Shown piece after piece: positions 31,026 to 40,533 of a stretch of DNA of 64,000 bases. A program made the translations under genes and the position numbers. The DNA is from Sedimentisphaerales bacterium. Lineage in GTDB: Bacteria > Planctomycetota > Phycisphaerae > Sedimentisphaerales > SM23-30. The notes beneath the pieces were generated by a model, which made no database searches, had not been told where the DNA came from, and saw only the letters and a list, made by a program, of their open reading frames with translations. The stretch spans positions 192,001 to 256,000 of the forward strand of contig CAXXMR010000012.1 in NCBI GenBank assembly GCA_963663805.2. Reading direction: 5' to 3'. Position 1 is the stretch's first letter. Each line of letters starts with the position of its first letter.

Positions 31026-31946
31026 ATGAAACAACCTATGCGTATAGCTATCGTTGGTTCCGGGGCCCTCGGAGGTCTTTACGGTGCCTTCCTCGCCCGC
31101 GGCGGCGCCGATGTCCATTTTCTCATGCGCCGCGACTACCAGACCGTTAAGTCCAACGGCCTAAAGATTTTAAGCTGCACCGGCAACTTCAACCTCCCCA
31201 AAGTCAATTGCTACAGCCAGTCCTCAGACATCGGCCCCTGCGACCTCGTCTTCATAGGCCTGAAAACCACCGCTAATGACCAGTACCAAACCCTTATATC
31301 ACCGTTACTTAGCGAAAATACCCGGATTCTGACCGCCCAGAACGGCCTCGGTAACGAACATCTCCTCGCCGACCTGTTCGGCCCCCAGAGAATCGCCGGA
31401 GGACTCGCCTTCCTCTGTTCCAACCGCATCGCACCCGGCACAATCGAGCATCTCGACTATGGCCAGTTACGCATCGGAAACTACCAGCGACAACCCGACC
31501 AAATACTAACCGAATTCGCCCGCCTTATGAATAATGGAGGTGGTAAATGCTTGGTAATAGACGACTTAAATCTTGCCCGCTGGCAAAAGCTCGAATGGAA
31601 TGTACCCTTCAACGGCCTGTCCGCCTGGTGGGATATGACCACCGACAAGATAATCGCCGACCCCGAACGAAAAGCACTGGCCGCCCGACTCATGCGCGAA
31701 GTCCAGACCGCCGCAAAGGCCTGTGGCTCAATCATTAACAAAGATTTTTTAGATAAAATGATGACCGACACCGAAAAAATGAAACCTTACTATACCTCCA
31801 TGCACCTCGACCGAAGGCAGCACCGCCCCCTGGAAATCGAGTCTATTATCGGCGAACCACTCCGACGCGGCCAGGCCCACGGACTTAATCTCCCTGAAAT
31901 GACCCGACTTTACCAGGGACTAAAGGATATCACCCATGAAGCTTAA
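31026..31946 (+). CDS. panE: 2-dehydropantoate 2-reductase
   Basis: IVGSGALGG, AQNGLG, WQKLEWN, TSMHLD, EIESI. Confidence 0.88.
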   Translation: MKQPMRIAIVGSGALGGLYGAFLARGGADVHFLMRRDYQTVKSNGLKILSCTGNFNLPKVNCYSQSSDIGPCDLVFIGLKTTANDQYQTLISPLLSENTRILTAQNGLGNEHLLADLFGPQRIAGGLAFLCSNRIAPGTIEHLDYGQLRIGNYQRQPDQILTEFARLMNNGGGKCLVIDDLNLARWQKLEWNVPFNGLSAWWDMTTDKIIADPERKALAARLMREVQTAAKACGSIINKDFLDKMMTDTEKMKPYYTSMHLDRRQHRPLEIESIIGEPLRRGQAHGLNLPEMTRLYQGLKDITHEA

Positions 31947-33363
31947 CCCCGGACATCCTTTCATCGCTAAGGTTCAGCAATTCATTGTAGATAATGAACT
32001 TATCGAAAATAATCAGGGGCTCGCCCTAGCGGTCTCCGGCGGTATCGACAGTATGGTACTCATGGCTGTCCTATCAACAATGAGACCGGTCGGTCTGTTA
32101 GTGGCCGTGCATGTCAACCACATGCTCAGAGGCGATAACAGTAGCGCAGATGCCGATTTTGTGCAGGCCCAATGCGAAAAACTGGGCATCCCCGCTATTA
32201 TCGAGAAAATAGATGTCGCCCAATATGCTCAAAAAAACAGTATCTCAATCGAGCAGGCAGGACGTGACCTTAGATATAACATCCTGGAAAATAAAACCTT
32301 AGATAAAAGATTCACCACCGTGGCCCTGGGCCACCACGCCGACGACAATGTCGAAACCGTTCTGCATCGAATCCTTCGCGGTACCGGCATCCGTGGCTTG
32401 GCCGGTATCCCCCTCAAACGTTCCCAGGGCCGAGTCCAACTCATCCGTCCCTTGCTCTGCGTAACCCGCGCCGAGATCGAGCAGTTTGCCCATGATTGTG
32501 AAATCCCCTGGCGGGAGGACCAGAGTAATTCTTCACGTTGTTATACCCGTAACAAAATCCGCCATGATTTGCTGCCCCTGCTCAGAGACATGTTCAATCC
32601 CCAGGTCGAACAAGCCCTGTCACGGCTGGCCCTATCAGCCTCGCAAACCCAGGATTTTCTCGAAAATCACCTCGATAACTCACTGTCAGAAATAATCTTA
32701 GGCCAGACCGATGATTCCCTGACTCTCGATAGTGACGCTTTGGCCTGCCGTTCAACGCTGGAACAAGCCGAAATCTTTCGGCTCGCTTTGCTTGAACTGG
32801 GCGTGCCTCTGACCGGAATCGGCAGAAAACAAATAGACGCTCTGGCTCAACTCCTTCAGGAAGAAGGCACGGTTTCTTTGCCGGGCCTTTGGCAGGCCGT
32901 CCGCGAAAATAACCGACTTACCATCCAGCCGCCGGAGAATAACGACTATCTCGAAATTATCGAAGAACTCCATTTGACCATCCCCAGCCGTACAACTTTA
33001 TCCCACTCATATCTGCCCGGTGGTGAAATCAGCGTTGATAAGCAAAATCGTGATGATATCGACTTTGAAGAATTTCTGCGGGCCAAAGATAAGTATCAGG
33101 AGATTATCGATGCCGATAAAGTCCTTGGTAAACTCAGGTTACGCAACAGACGCGACAACGATCGTTTCAGCCCGCTGGGTATCAAGGGGACCAAAACCCT
33201 CGGCGACTTCTTTACCGACCTCAAATTACCCCTGAATCAACGCAGCCGAATCCCCCTCCTTTGCGACGACAGGGGCATCATCTGGGTCGCGGGACTGAGA
33301 ATCGCCCATCGTGTAAAAGTCGATAACCAGACCAAAACCCTCCTCCGCCTGGAAATTAAATAG
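31936..33363 (+). CDS. tilS: tRNA(Ile)-lysidine synthase
   Basis: AVSGGIDS, HVNHMLRG, GHHADDNVET, IRPLL, EDQSN, RNKIR, TilS C-terminal domain. Confidence 0.95.
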   Translation: MKLNPGHPFIAKVQQFIVDNELIENNQGLALAVSGGIDSMVLMAVLSTMRPVGLLVAVHVNHMLRGDNSSADADFVQAQCEKLGIPAIIEKIDVAQYAQKNSISIEQAGRDLRYNILENKTLDKRFTTVALGHHADDNVETVLHRILRGTGIRGLAGIPLKRSQGRVQLIRPLLCVTRAEIEQFAHDCEIPWREDQSNSSRCYTRNKIRHDLLPLLRDMFNPQVEQALSRLALSASQTQDFLENHLDNSLSEIILGQTDDSLTLDSDALACRSTLEQAEIFRLALLELGVPLTGIGRKQIDALAQLLQEEGTVSLPGLWQAVRENNRLTIQPPENNDYLEIIEELHLTIPSRTTLSHSYLPGGEISVDKQNRDDIDFEEFLRAKDKYQEIIDADKVLGKLRLRNRRDNDRFSPLGIKGTKTLGDFFTDLKLPLNQRSRIPLLCDDRGIIWVAGLRIAHRVKVDNQTKTLLRLEIK

Positions 33364-35227
33364 TTTCCGACTCAATCTTGCCCAGTACCGCCAGAGGTAT
33401 CTTTATGTTACCAAACGGAGCGCTTACCGCAAATCCCGCCACCCGTGACGAAATAGCCTCTATCATCTCCTGAGCAATAGCTATTCCTTCCTTGCGGGCT
33501 TCCTCACGCGTCTTACAGCCCTCCATACGCTTGAGCAGACTATCGGGCACGACCACCCCCGGCACCTCATGGGCCATAAATTCAGCGTTTTTGAAGCTGG
33601 TGAAGGGCCAGATGCCCGCAATAAACGGAATCTCGCTGTCTTTGGTGGCGTCCATGAACTGTATCAGCATTTCCGCATCGAATACCGGCTGAGTGATAGC
33701 ATATTCGGCGCCCGCCTGAACTTTCAGACGGAACCGGTCGATTTCCCGCTCCATATCCGCCGCCACCGGATTAGCGCCCACCCCCAGAGTAAGTGCCAAC
33801 GGCTCAGAAAGCGCGTTACCAGCGAGATCCAACCCGTGGTTCAGGTTGCGGGCCAAAGCGGTCAAACCGATGGATTCAATATCAAAAACCCCCGTCGCGT
33901 CGGGATACTCACCAGTCTTGGGCGGGTCACCGGTTATCAATAGTACATTACGCAAACCCAGCGTGTAAGCGCCTAAAAGGTCCGACTGAATACCCAAAAT
34001 ATTACGGTCCCGACAGCAAACATGAATCATCGGTTCGATGTCGGTTTCCAGTTTGATCTTTATAGCTGTTACCAAAGGTGAAAGTCGCGAGCTGGCGCGG
34101 GGGCCGTCGGGAATATTGATAGCGTCGATACCATGTTCGGCACAGAGGCGGGCTTTTTCCAGGATGCCGGTTAAGTCTGTGGAACGCGGGGGGGTAATCT
34201 CGATAGTTGTAAGTTTCTCGCCAGCAACGAGTTTGCGGCCCCAGTTGGAACGCTGGGCCAGTGGTATCGCTTCTACGGGTTCTGAGGCGGTCTGGTCGGT
34301 TTTGTTGACTGTTATGCGCGGAGCTGCTTTAAGGGTGGCGCGGTCGAGGGCACGGACGGCTTTGACCATTTGTTTGATGTGCGCTGGAGTTGTCCCGCAG
34401 CATCCGCCTATGACTCGTACCCCTTTTTCGAGGAATCTTTTGGCGTATTCGGCCATGTATTCGGGGGTACACATGTAAATTTTGCGTCCCTCGATCTGGC
34501 GGGGCATGCCGGCGTTGGGCTGTAATGATATGGGTTTGTTCGTCGCGGAACGTACTTGTTCGAGGCTGGAGAGCATCAGGGCGGGGCCGGTGGCACAGTT
34601 TAATCCGACTACGCTTACGGCTTTGTGTTCTGACAGTGGTCTGATCGCATCGACCAAGGCTGTGCCGTAGGCGGTTTCGTGGAATTCATTGGTGGTAATT
34701 TGGGCGATGACCGCGATTGGTGCGATTTTCTGAGCGGCTTCTACGGCGATGATGAGTTCTTGAGGATTAGTGAAAGTTTCGAAGAGCAGAAAATCTACTC
34801 CGGCGTTAATTAAGGTTTCGGTTTGTTCACTGAAAACTTCGGCGGCCTGCTCGGCGGTGGTTTTTCCGAAGGGGGCAACGTCAACTCCGAGGGGGCCGAC
34901 GGCACCGGCGATTAGTGTTTGGGAGTCGGCGACGGCGCGACGGGCGATTTCGACGGCGGCCTGGTTGATCTGTTTGACCTGGTCGGCCAGACCATAGCGG
35001 GTGAGCTTGAGGCGGTTGGCGCCGAAAGTGTTGGTTTCGATAAAATCTGAGCCGGCTTCGATGTATTCTTTGTGAATCTGTTCTATCAGTTGGGGGCGGC
35101 TAAGGTTGAGTTCATCGAAACAGGCGTTCAGGAATACGCCCTGCTGATAAATCATGGTCCCCATGGCGCCGTCGCCGAGCAGTACGGTTTTATTCAGACG
35201 TTCGTTGAGTTGTTCTGTGTTGAGCAT
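33356..35227 (-). CDS. yitJ: Bifunctional homocysteine S-methyltransferase / 5,10-methylene-THF reductase (YitJ-type)
   Basis: DGAMGT, ETNTFGAN, GLNC, PNAG, IGGCCGT; MTHFR half with NIPDGP, CCRDRN, ITGDPP, ITQPVFD. Confidence 0.9.
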   Translation of the reverse strand: MLNTEQLNERLNKTVLLGDGAMGTMIYQQGVFLNACFDELNLSRPQLIEQIHKEYIEAGSDFIETNTFGANRLKLTRYGLADQVKQINQAAVEIARRAVADSQTLIAGAVGPLGVDVAPFGKTTAEQAAEVFSEQTETLINAGVDFLLFETFTNPQELIIAVEAAQKIAPIAVIAQITTNEFHETAYGTALVDAIRPLSEHKAVSVVGLNCATGPALMLSSLEQVRSATNKPISLQPNAGMPRQIEGRKIYMCTPEYMAEYAKRFLEKGVRVIGGCCGTTPAHIKQMVKAVRALDRATLKAAPRITVNKTDQTASEPVEAIPLAQRSNWGRKLVAGEKLTTIEITPPRSTDLTGILEKARLCAEHGIDAINIPDGPRASSRLSPLVTAIKIKLETDIEPMIHVCCRDRNILGIQSDLLGAYTLGLRNVLLITGDPPKTGEYPDATGVFDIESIGLTALARNLNHGLDLAGNALSEPLALTLGVGANPVAADMEREIDRFRLKVQAGAEYAITQPVFDAEMLIQFMDATKDSEIPFIAGIWPFTSFKNAEFMAHEVPGVVVPDSLLKRMEGCKTREEARKEGIAIAQEMIEAISSRVAGFAVSAPFGNIKIPLAVLGKIESETI

Positions 35228-35248
35228 AGTCGGCAATATGTCCCTTCT

Positions 35249-36529
35249 TTATTTTTTGAGGGCACTGCGTAGGTTTTTGGAGATACGAACCGAGCACCAG
35301 TCTTTTCCACACATGGTGCAATGGTCGGTGTCAGGCAGTTTCTTTTCGTTGTGCATTGCCGTGGCGGTTTCGGTGTCCATGGCTAATTCGAGGTGTTCGC
35401 GCCAATTAAGGTCGGCGCGGGCTTTGCTGAGTTTGTCGTCCCAGTCGCGGGCATGGGGCTTTTTGAGGGCGATGTCGGCGGCGTGGGCGGCGATTTTGTA
35501 GGCTATAACGCCCTGCTTGACGTCTTCGATGGTGGGCAGGCCGAGATGTTCACGCGGGGTGACATAGCAGAGGAAGGCTGCTCCGTGGAAGGCTGCCGCG
35601 GTGGCACCGATACTGGAGGTGATATGATCGTAGCCGGGCGCGACATCGGTTACGAGCGGGCCGAGTACGTAGAATGGGGCTCCGTCGCAGATTTCCTGCT
35701 GAAGTTTCATATTGTGTTCGATCTGGTCGAACGGTACGTGGCCTGGTCCTTCGACCATTACCTGACAGCCTTTTTCCCAGGCGCGGCGGGTGAGGTCGCC
35801 GAGGGTGCGGAGTTCGGCGATCTGGGCATCGTCGGTGGCGTCGGCGAGGCAGCCGGGGCGGAGTCCGTCGCCTAGCGAGAAGCAGACATCGTATTCACGC
35901 ATAATGTCGCAAAGGTCGTCGAAAATTTCGTAGAACGGGTTCTGTTTGTTATGGTGGAGCATCCACTGGGCGATGAGTGAGCCGCCGCGACTGACGATGC
36001 CAGCGAGGCGTTTTTCGACCAGCGGCAGATGCTCGCGCAGCAGGCCGGCGTGGATGGTGAAAAAATCGACTCCCTGGGCGGCTTGTTTGCGGCAGGTCTC
36101 CAGAATGCAGTCGTAGTCGAGCTGTTCGATGGGGCGGTCAATAATCATTTCGTACATGGGGACAGTACCCAGCGGTACGGGGCAATGGGCCAGCAGATTG
36201 ACACGACAGTTATCGACGCTGCCGCCGGTGGATAAGTCCATGATGGCGTCGGCACCATATTTGAGGGCCATTTCCATCTTGCAGAGTTCGTTTACGTCGT
36301 CACTGTCCAGCGGCGAGGCGCCGATGTTGGCGTTGATTTTGGTGGTGACGGCGTGGCCTATTGCCAAGGGTTTCAGTGTGGATTGGAGGTGGATTCTGTT
36401 GGCAGGGATGACTAGTCGGCCAGCGGCGAGCTCGGTGCGGATAAGCTCCGGTTCGAGGCCTTCGCGATTGGCGGCGGCGGTCATCTGGTCGCTGATAATG
36501 CCCTTGCGGGCTTGTTCAAGCTGAGTCAT
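35249..36529 (-). CDS. thiC: Phosphomethylpyrimidine synthase
   Basis: MTQLEQARKG, KINANIG, MDLSTGG, GTVPMY, SRGGS, LGDGLRPG, EGPGHVP, CTMCG...C. Confidence 0.92.
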   Translation of the reverse strand: MTQLEQARKGIISDQMTAAANREGLEPELIRTELAAGRLVIPANRIHLQSTLKPLAIGHAVTTKINANIGASPLDSDDVNELCKMEMALKYGADAIMDLSTGGSVDNCRVNLLAHCPVPLGTVPMYEMIIDRPIEQLDYDCILETCRKQAAQGVDFFTIHAGLLREHLPLVEKRLAGIVSRGGSLIAQWMLHHNKQNPFYEIFDDLCDIMREYDVCFSLGDGLRPGCLADATDDAQIAELRTLGDLTRRAWEKGCQVMVEGPGHVPFDQIEHNMKLQQEICDGAPFYVLGPLVTDVAPGYDHITSSIGATAAAFHGAAFLCYVTPREHLGLPTIEDVKQGVIAYKIAAHAADIALKKPHARDWDDKLSKARADLNWREHLELAMDTETATAMHNEKKLPDTDHCTMCGKDWCSVRISKNLRSALKK

Positions 36530-36624
36530 GGAAGTTTTCCTGGTTTTGCAAACTTGCTGTGTCAAGCTATAAGTCTTTGTTAATAATCTACTTGTCGCTA
36601 CCGTCGTTTGTGCGGTAATTCTTT

Positions 36625-36653
36625 ATTATAGTGGCTGAGGTGGGGGCGGGCAA
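36625..36653 (-). promoter_or_regulatory. sigma70 promoter of thiC-yitJ
   Basis: TTGCCC-N17-TATAAT. Confidence 0.6.
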
Positions 36654-36682
36654 GGAAAGAGAAATGCATTGTCTGATTTGGT

Positions 36683-36716
36683 AAAATAAAGGCCCGCGTC
36701 CATTTGGAAACGGGCC
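36683..36716 (-). terminator. Probable intrinsic terminator after the TIM-barrel gene
   Basis: GGCCCG...CGGGCC stem followed by TTTATTTT. Confidence 0.55.
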
Positions 36717-36741
36717 AGTTGGGTTTGCTGTGAAAAAAAGT

Positions 36742-37734
36742 TCAGGAGTCGAATGCTTTGTCGAAGATTGTGTTTGATGGTTTGAAGTCTACAGATTTGG
36801 TGAATGCGCAGGCTTCTTCGGCTCCGTGTTCGCGGTCCATGCCACAGTCTTCCCATTCGACTGACAGGGGGCCGTCGTAGCTGATGCGGTTTAGGACGCG
36901 GATGATTTCTTCGAAATCTACTCCGCCGTGGCCTAATGAGCGGAAGTCCCAGCCGCGGTCGGGTTGGCCGAAGTTGAGGTGTGAGGCGAGGATGCCGGTG
37001 CGGCCGTTCAATTGCAGAGCAGCGTCTTTCATGTGTACGTGATATATTCGGTCGGGAAATTCGTTGATGAAGCATACGGGGTCGACCATTTGCCAGTGCA
37101 GGTGGGAGGGGTCGAAGTTGAAGCCGAAGGCGGGTCGGTTACCGACGGCCTGCAAAGCACGTTTGGCAGTAAAGATGTCGAAGGCGATTTCGGTGGGGTG
37201 AACCTCCAGAGCGAAACGTACGCCGCATTGGTCGAATACGTCCAGAATCGGGTTCCAGAGTTCGGCGAAGCGGGCGAAGCCGTTGTCTATCATTTCGTCG
37301 GTGACCGGCGGGAAACTGTAGAGCATGTGCCAGATGGGTGAGCCTGTAAAACCGTTGACAACTTTGAGGCCGAGGTTTTGGGCGGCGTGGGCGGATTGCT
37401 TCATGGTCTCGATGGCCCAGGTGCGTTTCTTTTCGGCGTTGCCGGCGCAGTCGGCTGGGGCGAACATGTCTGAGCGGGAATCGTCGTTGGGGTCGGCGAC
37501 CAGTTGGCCGGCGAGGTGATTGCTTATGGCGAAAAGCTGGAGGTTGTTTTTTTCGAGGATAGCGAGCTGCTTTTTGCAGTAGTTTTTATTGATGGCGGCT
37601 TGAGCGACATCCATGTGGTCACCCCAGCAGGCGAGTTCGAGTCCATCATAACCCCAGGCGGCGGCTTTTTCGGCGAGTGTTTCCAGGGACAGATCGGCCC
37701 ATTGGCCGGTGAATAGTGTTACGGGTCTTGACAT
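36742..37734 (-). CDS. Sugar phosphate isomerase/epimerase (xylose-isomerase-like TIM barrel, IolE-like)
   Basis: RPVTLFTGQWAD, ALEVHP, FNFDPSH, HVHMKD, SVEWED. Confidence 0.85.
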   Translation of the reverse strand: MSRPVTLFTGQWADLSLETLAEKAAAWGYDGLELACWGDHMDVAQAAINKNYCKKQLAILEKNNLQLFAISNHLAGQLVADPNDDSRSDMFAPADCAGNAEKKRTWAIETMKQSAHAAQNLGLKVVNGFTGSPIWHMLYSFPPVTDEMIDNGFARFAELWNPILDVFDQCGVRFALEVHPTEIAFDIFTAKRALQAVGNRPAFGFNFDPSHLHWQMVDPVCFINEFPDRIYHVHMKDAALQLNGRTGILASHLNFGQPDRGWDFRSLGHGGVDFEEIIRVLNRISYDGPLSVEWEDCGMDREHGAEEACAFTKSVDFKPSNTIFDKAFDS

Positions 37735-37775
37735 GATATTATCCTTTCAAACGTATTAAATTCTAGCGTTTTAAC

Positions 37776-37847
37776 GGCAGGCAAAAGGCAAGGTGCCTGC
37801 CTTGGGCAGGGTTTAATTTATTATCCGGCCGCTTACGCGGCTCGGCT
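37776..37847 (-). repeat. Heptamer remnant (AGGCAAAAGGCAA) and REP type B, inverted relative to left-hand copies
   Basis: 37823-37847 is the exact reverse complement of 16288-16312. Confidence 0.8.
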
Positions 37848-37907
37848 CTTGTGTTTTGGTGATGCCTCTAGGGGGCTATTGTTGCTTTAATGCTCCGGAA
37901 TTAGCGT

Positions 37908-39080
37908 TTATTTGATATATTTTGTCCATTTTTGTTTTGATTTGCTGGATGCTACTACGGTTTCGATAAACTGCATACCTCTTAGTCCGTCATCCACTGT
38001 GGGGAAGTCGGCTGCGAGGGGGCTGGGCTTTTTGCCTTCGTCGTGGGAGCGGATGGTGTCGGCGAAGTTGGCGTAGAGGTTGGCCATGGCTTCGAGGAAT
38101 GCTTCGGGGTGGCCGGCGGGCAGGCGTGTAGCGTGGGCGGCGGCGGGACTTTTGGCGGCGATATAGTCATTGCCGCGACGCCATACTTCGACCGGGCCGC
38201 TGAGCGGACGGACGTAAAGATAGTTGGGATGTTCCTGATGCCATTCCAATGAGCGTTTCCGGCCGTAGACGCGGATTGCCAGGCCGTTTTCCTCACCGAT
38301 GGAAATCTGGCTGGCCATTAGTACGCCGCGGGCACCGTTATTGAAACGCAGCAGGCAACTGCCGTCGTCTTCCAGCCTTCTGCCTTTGACGAAAGTTGTG
38401 AGGTCGGCACAAACTTCGCGGATTTTCAGGCCGGTGATGTATTCGGAGAGATTTTCGGCGTGGGTGCCGATGTCGCCGATACAGCTGGAGATACCGGCTT
38501 GTTTGGGGTCGGTTCGCCAGGCGGCCTGCTGCTGGCCTTCGGCGTCGATGGGTTGGACGAGCCAGCCCTGGGGATACTCCACGACGATTCGCATGATCTC
38601 GCCGAGGTCGCCCTGGGCAACCATGTCGCGGGCGAGCTTTACCATTGGGTAGCCGGTGTAGTTGTGGTTCAGGCCGAAGACTTTTTTGGTTTTGCGAACG
38701 ATGGTTTTGAGCTCCTTGGCCTGGGCGAGGTCCATGGTCATGGGTTTTTCGCAATAGACGTGGAAGCCAGCTTCGAGGCAGGCTTTGGCGATGGGGAAGT
38801 GGGAGTTGTTGGGCGTGGTGATAGTGACAAAGTCTACCCGCTTATCCGCCGGGAGCGAGGTTTCGTTTTTGAGCATGTCTGCGACGGTATCGTAAACGCG
38901 GGATTTGTCCAGAAAGAGCTGCTGGCCCATCTGCTGAGATTTTTTGGGGTCGATGTCGAAACAGCCGGCAACCAGCTCGATCTGGCCGTCTATGCCAACG
39001 GCTTTGCGATGGACATCACCGATAAAGGCGCCGGGCCCGCCGCCTACCATTGCCATTCTGAGTTTTCGTTGTGGTGCCAT
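37908..39080 (-). CDS. Gfo/Idh/MocA family oxidoreductase
   Basis: MVGGGPGAFIG, TPNNSH, CEKP, WRTDP, GDIGTH, GHPEAF. Confidence 0.9.
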   Translation of the reverse strand: MAPQRKLRMAMVGGGPGAFIGDVHRKAVGIDGQIELVAGCFDIDPKKSQQMGQQLFLDKSRVYDTVADMLKNETSLPADKRVDFVTITTPNNSHFPIAKACLEAGFHVYCEKPMTMDLAQAKELKTIVRKTKKVFGLNHNYTGYPMVKLARDMVAQGDLGEIMRIVVEYPQGWLVQPIDAEGQQQAAWRTDPKQAGISSCIGDIGTHAENLSEYITGLKIREVCADLTTFVKGRRLEDDGSCLLRFNNGARGVLMASQISIGEENGLAIRVYGRKRSLEWHQEHPNYLYVRPLSGPVEVWRRGNDYIAAKSPAAAHATRLPAGHPEAFLEAMANLYANFADTIRSHDEGKKPSPLAADFPTVDDGLRGMQFIETVVASSKSKQKWTKYIK

Positions 39081-39200
39081 TTGAGATATATCTCCTTATT
39101 AAGTAGAATATTTCGTACTTGTAGGATAAGGCCGTTGACGCGGGCTGTAAATCAATATTTTGTGGACCTAAGTTTTGTCCGGGGAAACTAAGAAATAGCC

Positions 39201-39305
39201 GGTGCGTATAGCACTGATAGATCGCCGCGAGTGTTTGGGGGTAAAGGTAGGGTGAGGGTGGTCTCATCCGTCCGCTCACGCGGCTCGGGTTCTGTTGGGG
39301 TGGGG
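39201..39305 (-). repeat. ~105-bp composite repeat, copy B (inverted)
   Basis: Reverse complement of 26661-26767 with few mismatches. Confidence 0.9.
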
Positions 39306-39313
39306 CTTAAATC

Positions 39314-39342
39314 TTGACCGGGTATGGGAGGGCGTTTATACT
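39314..39342 (+). promoter_or_regulatory. sigma70 promoter of the glycosyltransferase
   Basis: TTGACC-N17-TATACT. Confidence 0.6.
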
Positions 39343-39393
39343 TTCTGGGGTTGGATATGATTTCATTTAACTGGGTATTTGCCAGGGATGGTT

Positions 39394-40509
39394 ATGCGAA
39401 TTTGTCTATTGACGGGCACATTTTTTCCGAAGGTGGGTGGGGCTGAGATATGTGTGGACCAGTTGGCTCGTGCTTTTGTGGGGCTGGGGCATGATGTAGT
39501 TGTGGTTGCGCCGCGGGCTGAGGGGACGGTTGATGATGAGGGGTATGGTTATCCGGTGTATCGGTATCGGCCTTCGTGGTCGCAGAGAGGGTGGTATCTG
39601 GGTTTGCGGGGGCTGCTGACAAGGCTGCACCAGGAGCGAAAGTTTGATTTGCTGAACGCTCATATGGCTTATCCATCCGGTTATGTGGGGCTGAAGTGGT
39701 CGCGGAAATATAGGGTGCCGCTGGTGATTACGCCGCATGGGGGCGGGGTGTTTTATCGTTCGCGGTTTCGGGGTCGGCCTGTGATTTTTGGGCGGATATG
39801 CGAGAGTCTGGGCGGGGCTGAGGCGGTCATCGCTTTGAGCGGGTATTTGAGCGGGCTCATCGCGGAGCTGGCGCCGGGGCAGAAGAATATTGTGCATATC
39901 AATAACGGGGTGAATAACGCAGAATTTAATATCGCGGATAAGTCGCTGCCCGAACAGTATGGCTATCTGGGCGAGCGGCCTTATTTCATCGGGCTGGGCA
40001 GAATGGTGGGACGCAAGGGGTTCGATACGGCTTTGCGAGCTTTGGCGAAGGTGAAGAACGCGGCGGGTGAACTACAGTTGGTGCTGTTGGGGGACGGGAA
40101 TAAGAAGGCAGAGCTGGAAGGCCTGGCGGATGAGCTGGGGATTGGGGAGCGGGTGCATTTTCTGGGGACGGTTGTGGGCGCAGATAAGATTCGGCTGCTG
40201 CATAACTGTTTGTTTACGGTGGTGCCGTCGGTTGAGGAGGATAATATGCCGCTGGTGCTGCTGGAAGCGATGGCTTGCGGTAAGCCGGTGCTGGGCAGTG
40301 AGCTGGGCGGGATACCGGATGTGGTGCAGACCGACTATAACGGCTATCTGTGTGAGTCGGGAAATGCCGAAAGCTTCGCTGAGGGCGTTTTGCATATTAT
40401 GACGAATGCTGAAACGCTGGGAGTGAAAGCGCTGGCGACGGCACGGGAGATAGACTGGCAGAAGATCGCTGAGCAGTATATCGAGCTGTTTAAGTGCGTA
40501 TCGCACTGA
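39394..40509 (+). CDS. Glycosyltransferase family 4
   Basis: MRICLL...FPKVGGAE, GRMVGRKG, PSVEEDNMPLVLLEAMACG. Confidence 0.9.
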   Translation: MRICLLTGTFFPKVGGAEICVDQLARAFVGLGHDVVVVAPRAEGTVDDEGYGYPVYRYRPSWSQRGWYLGLRGLLTRLHQERKFDLLNAHMAYPSGYVGLKWSRKYRVPLVITPHGGGVFYRSRFRGRPVIFGRICESLGGAEAVIALSGYLSGLIAELAPGQKNIVHINNGVNNAEFNIADKSLPEQYGYLGERPYFIGLGRMVGRKGFDTALRALAKVKNAAGELQLVLLGDGNKKAELEGLADELGIGERVHFLGTVVGADKIRLLHNCLFTVVPSVEEDNMPLVLLEAMACGKPVLGSELGGIPDVVQTDYNGYLCESGNAESFAEGVLHIMTNAETLGVKALATAREIDWQKIAEQYIELFKCVSH

Positions 40510-40533
40510 TAGATCGCCACGAGCGTTTGTGGG
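40494..40533 (-). repeat. Partial composite repeat, copy C (inverted); contains the GT4 stop codon
   Basis: GTGCGTATCGCACTGATAGATCGCCACGAGCGTTTG matches copies A and B. Confidence 0.8.

Noticed and set aside
36530..36740. TPP riboswitch upstream of thiC
   Set aside because: Conserved TPP core sequences are absent; only a terminator and a promoter are visible.
39201..39230. GGTGCGTATA as a dif site
   Set aside because: There is no XerD arm (TTATGTTAAAT); the sequence is part of the composite repeat hairpin.
26661..39305. Invertible segment bounded by the inverted 105-bp repeats as the cause of the skew flip
   Set aside because: The skew changes in the middle of this interval and continues unchanged across both repeats; no recombinase is nearby.
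16288..40533. Repeats as a CRISPR array
   Set aside because: Copies are dispersed between genes, with no regular repeat-spacer periodicity and no cas genes.
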